From positions 3,647,229 to 3,711,228 of the forward strand of contig NW_003314264.1 in NCBI RefSeq assembly GCF_000143415.4: DNA of 64,000 bases. Reading direction: 5' to 3'. Source of the stretch: Selaginella moellendorffii. Lineage: Eukaryota > Plantae > Lycopodiophyta. This document shows, piece by piece, positions 27,216 to 38,521 of the stretch. The position numbers and the translations under genes are program-made. How positions within the stretch are numbered: the first letter of the stretch is position 1; each line of letters opens with the position of its first letter. The notes under the pieces are model-generated. The model did no database searches. It was not told where the DNA came from and saw only the letters and a program-made list of their open reading frames with translations.

Positions 27216-30200
27216 ATACTAATACAGGCAGTTGGGTGAAAGCCCAAAGCGATCGTCCCCCGGGGGGGGGGGGCTGCGGGGGGTTCCAAAAGTATAGTAG
27301 GGAGAGTGTGGGGGTTGGAGCCCAGTGGAGCCAGTTGGGCCAGGAAAGGCCAGTTTGGCCCAGGAAAGGCCAGTTGGGCCCAGGAAGGCCAGACCCAGTG
27401 TTGGGTGATGAGCTGACCACTGGGAAGTCCAAGACTAGAGTGAACACGGACCGACAAGCGGGGTAGCTTGGTGAAGTGTTCAAGAGCCGGCTCTAGTTCT
27501 CCCGGGAGATCGACTGGCCGATGCTCCCAGTCCAAGTGTGGGTGGCACTACCTACTTGGATACCAGGCGTGGCTCAACGGAACCTCGCTCTAAGCCCATG
27601 GCTAGAGCACCCAAGGGCAGAAGGCGAGGAGAGTACCCAGGTGGCTCGCGTAAGGCCACGGTGTTCCGAAATGTTGTCCCAAAGGCCCAGACTGTGGAAA
27701 GGAAGAGGAGCAGTCCTCTGGGGTAGTGACCAAGGACACAGTCATGTGGTGAGGAAGTCCCAGAGGACCGTGGGACTTAGTGGTCGGGCCTGTGGGTCTC
27801 GATCCAGTGGCAGTGTTGGCAAACACGGCCAGGGGCAGAAAGAGACTTAGTGGGGACTGACAGAGGGATATTGGGGAAGGCTATTCCCCTTGTCGGTGGG
27901 CATCCTAAGGATGCTAAGGAGTGGATCTGAGATGACCACTCACGGATGGTTTGCCTAGTCTTGGAGAGCCAAGACTGTGATGCAAGTGGTATTGGACTAC
28001 CAGTGTGGCAAAGGTGATTGGGCATGGCCTTAGCGTAACGGGCTGCTATGTCGGTGGTACCTTTGAGTGTCGGTCATGGGATCGGACACGTGGAGCACTT
28101 GGACCAAGTGCAAATGTTGAGTGGCATGGATGCCATTCTCGGGGCTAGCAAGTCCCAAGTCCTGGATTGGACTTATGGAGGTTGTGAATGAGACTCCTCC
28201 AAGTGGTCGGAGGTGTGGTTAAGTGACTAAAGTAGAATGGAAAATTTAGTCGCTTACAATTTGGTATCAGAGCTGTTCCTTAGTCCGACTTTTATTGGTG
28301 CTCAAGTATATCACCATTGATATTGGCATTGGAAGGTCCTAGGAGTGGGTTTATCCTTGAGGAGTAGCATGCCGAGAGGACATGGCTCTCCACTCAAGTT
28401 CATGCGTGACTTGGGCGCGATGTGGTGGATAGAAAAGGGGCCAGTAAAGGAATGACTTTGGGATCTTGGGAACAGTATATGGTTTTCCTCAAAGAGTTGA
28501 GGATGTGATCCAGATGAGCGTTTGACTTAGCAAACTGGCTAATGTAGTTGTGGTAAACAACTACAGTTGGGATCACGGGAAAGATAAAGACTCCAAAGCA
28601 ATAAAGGAGTCACAAGATTTTCCTCATATAGTTGAGGTTGGTGCTCATGAATGTGAGACCAGAAGTAATGACAGTGGGAGGTCAAATACGGAAGAGGACT
28701 CAAGTCCTTGAAAAGGTAGCCGGGGCTACCTCTAATAAATGCTGGAACAACCCAAGGAGTTGGGGGTGTATTAAGTGGATGAGTTGGTGTTCTCATCACA
28801 TGGACAAGTAGTCCTAAGGGGCAAAAGTTGCCCCCAGAGAACAAAATCAAGTGTCGGAGTAACACTTGTGAAAATAGTCCTTTTGAATAGGACAGGAATG
28901 CAAGAAGTGTATTCCAGTGAGCTAGTGCCTCACAAGTAGGACCTTACGGGTCTGTGGATTAACCAAGTCCAAAACTGCTGGATGACTCAAGTAGAGTCAA
29001 CGGATGGTCCTAAAAGGACTGATGGAAACATTTGGACTGAGGTGTGTTGTACCCCACAAAGGATGGGGGGGGATCATAGGATCCAAGGATGAGAACAGAG
29101 GGTATCTCATCGATGGCAAAATGTGCCATGCTAAAGTTATGGGAAAGGTGTTCCCAGAAGAAAACAACTTTGACATAAAGTTGTGTGTGACCTCTATGGT
29201 GCAGTGCTAACGGATGGTTGGCATGAGAAAGAGCGGTGTTGGTCTTGGCAAAGACTTAGACACGAAGGGGAAATGTCATAGAGGTAGGCTCGTGGAGCCG
29301 ATGGTGTGGAGACACCAAATGTGCCAAGGTGTGATACCTTGAGGCTATGTTGGTGGGTTCATGAGAACCCCTTGCCAAAGGAATCCCAATGGAAATGGGA
29401 ATAGCATAGCCTAAGCTGCAGAGCATGCAGTTGGAGTGTGGTGACCCAGATAATGATGGAGGTGTGAAAGCACCAAGCAATGAGTTGTAGGACTTGACAA
29501 CTATGAGGCAACTAAGCAAGAGGTGCAAAATAACTGGTTAAACGGGTATAAGGTAGCTACCCAAGACTTCTTAATAGCATAGGGAAGTTGGATATACCCT
29601 TACGGGGGATAAGTGGCTTGTGTTGCGATATAGTAAGTCAATGTCATAAAAGGAAATACTCATTGTCAATAAAAGCCATCATTGGGACACCCGAACACTC
29701 TAGAACACCAGAAGGTGGTGTTTGATGTCGTGAGGGCAATGGATAAAGCCCAAGGGACTAAGTCCCTAGCGAATGATGGATAGAAGGTGCTATCCAAATG
29801 TCCAAGGTTACGGAGACAGGAGAGGACTGTCTACCCGAGTTGGACAAAACCAAAAATGAAATTTTGGCAAGGCTAGTGATGGGCATGCAAAGGCCCATAA
29901 GCAACAATGTAATCCTAGTGTGTGGGATTATAAGGTGAGCATACCCGGATTGAGGAACCACTCCCTAGGCTATTGGGTAGGTTCATCCCTAAGAATACTT
30001 GCTAAAGCATGATAGAAAGTGCAAAGCTATCCTCCTGGTCTGGAGGAGAATGACCAAAGGAAAGGTGTGAAGCCAAAAAGCAAGAAGTAAGGGGATAGAA
30101 CCGAACCGTAGGAATCAAAGGGCATAACCAAAGTTGGTTATGTCAGCTGGGAGTGAAGAATCAAGTGGGGGCTCGAGGGTGTTGCCGCTAGCAACCGTGA

Positions 30201-32442
30201 TGCCATGGAGAGTCTAAAATATGGAATTGTCCATGTTAGACTATGTGGCATTTGGAAGGCTTGCAAAAAGGGAGGCCTTAGCAAGCTGAGGGACAGAGTT
30301 CCTTCAAGGTTCCCAAAGACGATTCTAGGTAGCTTAGTACCTAGAAAGGCCAAGTGTAAATGGTTCATGGAACGCGCGAAATCAGAGTGGTGCAGCAGAA
30401 GCGTGGTCTTGAAGCTTGCCATGAGGCAAGGCTATCAAGGTTAGGGAAGTAGTTCCCGAGTGTTCAAAGAGAAGGCTTTGAACGAAAGTCGATGGTCAAG
30501 GACTTTCACGCTTATGCAGGAACCATGTTACAGTGGTCGGAGGACTTGCCAAGCGAGATTGGCACGTCGGGGGAACAAATACCCTAGTTGAAGGTGATAA
30601 CTTCAAAAAGGGTGGGCCATGGGGCCGAGCATGGAGGAGTCCATGCATGATCACAGACATGTCAAGTGAGAGGACTTGGCAGTGTGGAGGAACTAGGTTC
30701 CTAAACTGTGATCTGTAGCGCGCTTTAAACATAAGTTGGTGCACCGGCGTGATGAGTCACGCCAGGCATCCTGGGTGATGCCGTCCGTAGATGCATATAC
30801 GGAGGTTGGGTTCGAGTCCCGACCCTCTAGTGCTTGGGTTCGAGTCCCAAATCACTAGGGCGTGGTGATGGTTTGGAATATGGGGACACTCATATTTTGG
30901 TGGTCATGGACTCTCAGTGGGGAGACTGGTTTGGGCACACTGCCAAGTGAGGGATGCCTCGGAGTCGTGATGCACGGTTAAATTGCTTAGTGTGGCTTAG
31001 CATATCTAACTTGAACACTTTGGTGCAAGTGGCACCAAGGACGTGGTGAATGAGATGGGGACACCCAGTCTCAGTTGCTATGGACCCTTGGCCGGAAGGG
31101 CTGGCTTGGGCGCACCGCCAAGTGTGGGGGATGCCCCCGGGGTCGTAGTTAACAAGTTAAAGGTCTGGAAGACCTAGTACCTATTGGCAAACCTATTAAG
31201 GTGCCGAAGTGAGATCACTAGATGATCTTGTGGCTAAATAAGGACGCGGTCCTTGTTTGGGCTAAGGATAGTTCAAAGTGTTGATTTGAACTATTGATGA
31301 TGGTGTGGCTTAGTCAAGGTGACCAAGTGGGTAGAGCACCTTAGGGAAATGAGCTATGTCATTGCGATGGCATAGTGTGTCCAAAGAAAGTAGTCTCTAA
31401 AGAGACCCATGGGAGGGTCACAAAGTTGGGCCGTGGATAAAGCCCACAATAGAAGATGCTAAAGAGACTTACTAGGGGTGAACACCCTAGTATTGGCAAA
31501 GCAGAGCCTTTGCTATGGAATCAAAAGAATACCTCAAGGAGGGAGGTAGAGATTCAGTGTTGCTTGGTGCAACAATCAACGGATAGGAGCAAAAAATGAG
31601 TGGCCAAGATAGGGCCGTGGAATCCCTTGGAAGGAATCCAAGTGGCAAAGTTAGGCGAGGAACGCTAATGTGTTGGACGCTAACAAATTGCGGGAAAGGA
31701 AGTATGTTTCCAAGGATGGATTCCGAATTGCTCCGATTTGGCGAAAGTGGAAGCTCCAAGGGAGGGAGCGGTAAGGTAGCCAAATGATAGGGCCATGGAC
31801 AGCCCTAGCACAAAGTATGATAAATGGAACTTAGTGCCCAAGGTGGCACGAAATAGAAGAGAGGATGATGGTGCCCTCAAGTAAAGAACTTCCTAAGATG
31901 GGGAAGTGGAGTTGCACAAAAAGTGCAATGCAAGGTGTTGGAGACACCTAGGAAATTGACTTCCAGAAGGCAAAGAGTAAAAGTTCCAAGGTGCAAACGT
32001 TCCATAGATGGAAATTGAGACTACTCGAGGAGTAGTGGGATTGACTTAGAGAAGGGTCTCTAAGAGGTTTAGCGAGAACTAAACCAATAAAAGGAGGGAA
32101 CCACTACATGTGGTCCAATCAGTCTCTAAGTTGGAGAGACTACCCTCCTTAGAGGATGGGCAAGGCATGGTGAGCCTTTGGTGTCAAACCATTGACGAAT
32201 ATGCAGAAGGCATGGTGAGCCTTCAATGTCAGACCATTGACAAATATTGGCTAGGTGCCAAGGATGGAAATGGTAACACATGAGGGTGTTACTTTGTAAA
32301 ATGGTTTACCGTTCGATGAGGACATCGAACTTCGTCTATGGGTGGTGGAGTTGTGAGACACAAAATCCCTAGGCCCCAAAGTGGAGCCGGAAGGGTGCCA
32401 CGTGGTAGTGGCCGAAGCGAAAGCCAAACGAGTGTAACACGT

Positions 32443-32636
32443 TGTAAGCAACCAAAGGGAACGACTTGAGAGACGATCCATGGGGTTCAAATATAGAGGG
32501 AAAGGGCCCATGAATAAGAGTGCACCCCCTTTTCCAATCGGTTAAGGGTCTTGGGATAGTTGGAGTTAAGCGTCCTTGGGTTTGAATAGTACTGGGCTGG
32601 GTGACCTCCCAGGAAGTCCAAACTCAGGAGCTTACA
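32443..32636 (+). mobile_element. Solo Cassandra LTR in element D 3' LTR
   Basis: 194 bp, TGTAAG...CTTACA termini, TSD CACGT; absent from the 5' LTR at 26621. Confidence 0.95.
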
Positions 32637-34514
32637 CACGTTTGGGCCAAAAGCTTCGCCTTGAAAGGTCGAGAGCGGGAGTGGAACTCCTAACGAAGGG
32701 CTCGAGGAATGAGCACGAAACGAGCAATAAGCGAGGCTCCAAAAAGGGACCCAAAAGGACCAACACATGACACATGGTAGTGTCCGAGAAGGACCCGAGA
32801 TGGAGTCCGAGGTGGAGTCCGAAGCATGACACATGGTAGTGTCCGAGAAGGACCCGAGATGGAGTCCGAGGTGGAGTCCGAAGTGGAGTCCAAGTTGGAG
32901 TCCGAAGTGGAGTCCGAGGTGGACCCGAGATGGACCCGAGATCGAGTCCGAGATGGACCCGAGATCGAGTCCGAGATGGAGTCTGAGATCGAGTCCGAGA
33001 TGGACCCGAGATGGAGTCCGAGATGGACCCGAGATGGAGTCCGAGATGGACCCGCGATGGAGTCCGAGATGGAGTCCGAGATGGACCCGAGACCGAGACC
33101 GAGACCAAGGCCGAAGCCGAGACCGAGACCGAGTCCGAGTCCGAAACCGGGACCGAGACCGAGTCCGAGTCCGAGTTCGAGCCCGAGTCCGAGTCCGAAT
33201 ACTAATACAGGCAGTTGGGTGAAAGCCCAAAGCGATCGTCCCCCAGGGGGGGGGGGCTGCGGGGGGTTCCAAAAGTATAGTAGGGAGAGTGTGGGGGTTG
33301 GAGCCCAGTGGAGCCAGTTGGGCCAGGAAAGGCCAGTTTGGCCCAGGAAAGGCCAGTTGGGCCTAGGAAGGCCAGACCCAGTGTTGGGTGATGAGCTGAC
33401 CACTGGGAAGTCCAAGACTAGAGTGAACACGGACCGACAAGCGGGGTAGCTTGGTGAAGTGTTCAAGAGCCGGCTCTAGTTCCCCTGGGAGATCGACTGG
33501 CCGATGCTCCCAGTCCAAGTGTGGGTGGCACTACCTACTTGGATACCAGGCGTGGCTCAACGGAACCTCGCTCTAAGCCCATGGCTAGAGCACCCAAGGG
33601 CAGAAGGCGAGGAGAGTACCCAGGTGGCTCGCGTAAGGCCACGGTGTTCCGAAATGTTGTCCCAAAGGCCCAGACTGTGGAAAGGAAGAGGAGCAGTCCT
33701 CTGGGGTAGTGACCAAGGACACAGTCATGTGGTGAGGAAGTCCCAGAGGACCGTGGGACTTAGTGGTCGGGCCTGTGGGTCTCGATCCAGTGGCAGTGTT
33801 GGCAAACACGGCCAGGGGCAGAAAGAGACTTAGTGGGGACTGACAGAGGGATATTGGGGAAGGCTATTCCCCTTGTCGGTGGGCATCCTAAGGATGCTAA
33901 GGAGTGGATCTGAGATGACCACTCACGGATGGTTTGCCTAGTCTTGGAGAGCCAAGACTGTGATGCAAGTGGTATTGGACTACCAGTGTGGCAAAGGTGA
34001 TTGGGCATGGCCTTAGCGTAACGGGCTGCTATGTCGGTGGTACCTTTGAGTGTCGGTCATGGGATCGGACACGTGGAGCACTTGGACCAAGTGCAAATGT
34101 TGAGTGGCATGGATGCCATTCTCGGGGCTAGCAAGTCCCAAGTCCTGGATTGGACTTATGGAGGTTGTGAATGAGACTCCTCCAAGTGGTCAGAGGTGTG
34201 GTTAAGTGACTAAAGTAGAATGGAAAATTTAGTCGCTTACACAAGAGGCATTGCTAGTCTGGAGAAGTCATTTAACTCATTTGACCCTTAGTGTATTTTC
34301 ATGAAACTAAATAACATTCATATTATTAAGGAATTTCTCTAGTACCTTTTTTTTACGACATAGAGGCTTGCATTTCTTTCAAAGGTGATTTAGTAAAAGG
34401 CCTAAGGGCACATGCCATTCTATTTCTCAAACCGGTATTAAGATATACTAGTGCAAAGGGAAAAAGGTATTTGGTGATCAAGTAAATGGCACGAGGGCAC
34501 ACGCCATTATAAGC

Positions 34515-34772
34515 CTAAGCGCTAGTGGACACCTCCTTTTTGGTACTCTCAGTGGTACTATCATCCTTCTTCGGGTCAGTTGTTTTGCTTTGGATTGTTG
34601 TCTCTGACGTTACTGGGGCGTTCTCGATAGTTGTTAATGTTGCCGTTTGTTCAGAAAAATGATCACCTGGAGTATAGTACGGGGAGTTTGGAAGACTTAT
34701 ATATTCTACATCTTCACCTATCTCCTTCTCCGTCTCCTTTTCTGCCTCACTTATAGATTTTGTGCTTGCCAT
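34515..34772 (-). other. Small S/T/E/K-rich ORF or terminal exon inside the TIR element
   Basis: MASTKSISEAEKETEKEIGEDVEYISLPNSPYY...; protein-like composition downstream of the transposase; no recognisable domain. Confidence 0.3.
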
Positions 34773-35485
34773 GAGAACGCTCTTCACCCTAAAATATGGA
34801 GTTCGTTGTGTTATAAAAGGAAACCAACACACACGCTGCAAGGGAATGATGGTACATAAAGCACGTAAGCCCACAATATGGGTTTATGTGCCATTAATAT
34901 GGGCCACACGCCATATTATTAGATTTATGCACGTGTGATTGGTAAATGCATATGTCACATCATCTTTGTTTTACCTCACACACTATATCAGGCCTAATGA
35001 ACCATATCACATGTGCGCACATGCTATATATATGGAGAAGTATTATGCAAGGATAGAAAAATTCAATGCATGATTGTGGAGAGCAATGGCATGAAGCCAC
35101 ATGCTAAATAACATTTTAGAGAAAGAATTAAAATAAAAACATGCAAACAGTACTGAGTGGACCAAGACTTAGAAATGCACAATTGAATGAGGTATTTCTA
35201 ATAAATATTTCACTCACCTCATATAGGAATGGCTACCACTCTCAAATGGCGTATCGCCTCATGCCATCACCTCGCAATTTGTTATAACAATCCGATGAAT
35301 TCATATTCGGCTTGTTCACCTTAAACTTTAAGTAAGATTTGCTAGAACAACTAAGAATTTATACTTGTTATTTGTATCATCTCACCTAGGAATGGCGTAA
35401 GGCCACATGCCATCACGCCTCCTCTGATTCAGATTCGGATTGTTCACCTTGAAATAAAATACATTAGAAACTTAGTAAAGGAATA

Positions 35486-38400
35486 TTAATGAATCTCACC
35501 TTGAACCCGGGTTATGAATGCTCTTGCTGCATCTCTTGCATGGTCTGGCAAGGTGATGGTGGCACTCTGCTTCCGCATCCAACCATGCACAACATTATCC
35601 ACCGATATGCTCATGCTGGGATCCCTTGGATTCAGCACCCATCTCTTTTCTAGGCAATCGTTCGTATATCCGGAACTTGGCTTGAACCACTCCACAGTTA
35701 CATTGAAGGAGTTAGTTTCCGCGTCCTCCTCTGCATCAGTGATGCAGCGCCCCACCCATATCATTTGTTTTTTATTACTGGGTCTGACAAGCACGACCAT
35801 TCCTTTGCAGACCTGTACTGGATTGAATGCTGAATCCGGCTTCTTGTTCCTCGGCCCACAATAGTGATCCTCAACATCGTTATCTGTCACTGCATTTCCA
35901 GAGGACAGTGTTCCGCTACTATCTGGTGCTCTGGGTTTTGGCCAAAAGGACTCTTCCAATTCTTCATATACAACCGGCCCATTTTGGATAGCAAATATAA
36001 TCTTCTCCCAGTATTCGAGCAAAGGCTTGCACCTCTGAAAATAGGATTCTCCACCAAACACCAACCCCCTCTTCCAGAAGGCAATATGCTGTCTAATCCC
36101 GGCCACTATACTTTCCTGGTCTTTGAGTCCATCCGGGTGCATCGACCGTGGGGAACCCTGAGGAATCATAGGTTCCCCAGTTATGGGATCTCTCTTGAAG
36201 AGTTCAATGCCGTCCACTGGCAGCCACACTGTGTCCCATTCTCTCATCTTGTACCTCATCACTGGAGCACCGTCACACATGCTGAAATGAAACTGAAGAG
36301 GCTTGGAGTGGCCAATCAGCGTTTCGGATCCGTCCTTGATGTAGCCTCTTACAAACCCCTTAAAGTCTGGAACCTCTGTCAGAAGTGCAGCTTCAACAGT
36401 GCCTTTGATGCAATTTTGGAATTCATCGTAGAGTTGTGGGAGGGTGAGGACATTGGATCGCCGGAGGGACTCTGCCAGGTGACTGAACATGGCATCGACG
36501 TCTTCATGAGTGTGCCCAACCATGAGAAAGCCAAGTGTAACTGTTTCAAATATGCCTTTGGCAACAAGCATCGCCAAGTACGCGAAGACGTACATGTTTT
36601 TGTTCTCACTGCCAGCATTGTCTGTTTGGAGCAGAAGATGGGGTGGAAGGCCACATCGGCCGCAAGAACTTCCTTGAGATTCTGCTTCGTTTGGATGAGG
36701 CTGTGCATTCACCGGGCGACCAGCCTCGTCGGAATGGCATGAGCCCTCACGTGATAACCCTACAATCTGACGGCCAACATATTCACTGGGATGGCATGGG
36801 GCCCCACGCGATACTGCAAGCCTTTGCTCCTCCTCCAGCTGAACCCTGTATGGGGTTTGATCGACAAGGGCCTTATGCAAGGGTTGGCCGTTCAGCTCAG
36901 TCTGCGCACTTTGTAGAGACCTTAAGTGTTTTGCTAGGGACGCAATCATCATGTTTGCACCCCCGCCACCCCATAGAGGTACAAAGAAGTTCCCATAGTT
37001 CTGGGCACCATGCCCATGAGCGATTATGCCAAACAGAGACACAGGCAGCTGCATGGATGAAGAGATTGCCTTGGGGGCAAGATTGAGTCGAGGTAAGCAC
37101 GTCTTTTTCTGGTCCATTTTGTCGTGGATGATGCAGAGGTAAGAGTCAAGTCTCTCCATGGAGAGAATCCTATTATGATAATATGCAGTCCTGCAGCTTC
37201 TCTACTCGATGTTGTGGTCGAGCCGCCTTCTAACCAACGTCTCTCGCTCTTGAGCGCTGCAAGAATTCTTCGACAAAGCCATTTTGATAGCAGTGCACTC
37301 GTCACACTTTGAAAAGCTGGAGTACTTTCCTATACTCACATCCCTGAACCTGTTGCTCCACAATCTACTAAATCTAGATTGGCTCAGCTTCCTGTAGCCA
37401 TTACTCTGGAGTTCCCGATTCACATCTTCCAATATGGCCCCCTTGGTATACATGGAAGGGAGAACTCGTTGGGTGTCTTGTGTTCCATCTTCCAAGAGGT
37501 GGGTTTTATGTGGTTGTTGCTCGCTACATGTCTCGACAAACCTCTTGAAGATTGCCTCTCCATATACAGCATGACCCCTGGTTTTGTGCGTACCGTCGTT
37601 CCCATGGACTGCCTGTTGAACCCTTTGTTCCTCGAACTCAGTTTTGATTCTGTAGAATGTGGTTCGAGGGACTCCATAAATGATTCTCCATGCCTTCATG
37701 CAGACCAAACCCCTCTGGAAGACCATGCCCCCCACCTGATGTTCTGAAGCATCAACAGATGACCGTAATGCCTCATACACAAAATTGCGAGCTGCCTTCC
37801 AGGACAATGTCTTGTATCTTGCTCTCTCCTCTTCAATAGCATCCCAATCAGCATGTTGACAGCACCTCCTCTTGCAACAAGCAACTGTCAAGACCATTCG
37901 AACCTCCATCGCCATTTTCTGCCTTTTCGGTTCGTTGCTCAGATCCCTTTGGCTGCGCTTTAGGAAGGTGTACTTTCTTTTCCCATGAAGAGATGTTCTG
38001 TCATCAGTTGTAGTGGTGTTTGATTGTGAATCCTTCACATTCTCAAACACTAAGTGCCTCAATTTCCACCCCACAATGCTTCCAATAGTCAGACTGTTTT
38101 CTTCTGTGTCAACAACCTCTAAAATCGCAACTCCAATATCATCCCAGCCCAATTCTTGATTAGCAACCACATCTCTTGGATCGACAACTGTGGCTAAGCC
38201 CTCAGCTACCACCTCCCCCTCGGGGTTGTTTAGAAACACCTTCGCCTGAATCCATGTAGCATGGTTCTTAAGATCCACTGAGGGAACATGCGTCGCACTT
38301 GCACTGTCCCCAACATCTGCTTTCTTCTGAAGATTTTTCAAGGCAACAACAACATTTACCCCGACGACCATCTCTCCTCGTTCAATAGCGACCACATTCC

Positions 38401-38521
38401 CATTGAAGGCAGTCTCTACTGATACAGCAGCATTGCCTTCCCCAAGCCTTTGACAGTGTATAACAAAGTTCCGATCCATAGACACAAGGGTCTCTTTTGC
38501 AACTCTCTTCCTACCATTCAA
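35486..38521 (-). pseudogene. Sola-like DDD transposase (~1000 aa) with one in-frame TAG
   Basis: ORFs 37202..38521 and 35486..37159 share a frame (HNIE*RSCRTAYYHNRILSMERL). Motifs: FSKCDEC...H; CIIHDKMDQ; LLLQTDNAGSENKN; FLMVGHTHEDVDAMFS. Confidence 0.85.

Larger units (their letters stand above)
26535..34241 (+). mobile_element. Non-autonomous LTR element D (LARD-like) nested in the TIR transposon
   Basis: TSD CAAGA; LTRs 26535-28258 and 32352-34241, near-identical outside the repeats; PBS tggtatcagagc; PPT gggtggtggagt; 4.1-kb internal region with no long ORF. Confidence 0.92.

Noticed and set aside
27215-27303. Twister ribozyme in the conserved LTR module
   Set aside because: UAA...GGGU..AAGCCC is reminiscent, but the loop is too short and the pseudoknot partners could not be found.
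26493-27535. Long ORFs in D LTRs (also 32487-33466)
   Set aside because: Stop-free hexamer repeats open in several frames.
28121-28137. gtggcatggatgccatt in D LTRs as a copy of the 22-bp motif
   Set aside because: Lacks the 8+6+8 geometry; treated as chance similarity.
30804-30850. tRNA gene
   Set aside because: T-arm-like hairpins only; no acceptor, D or anticodon arrangement recognised.
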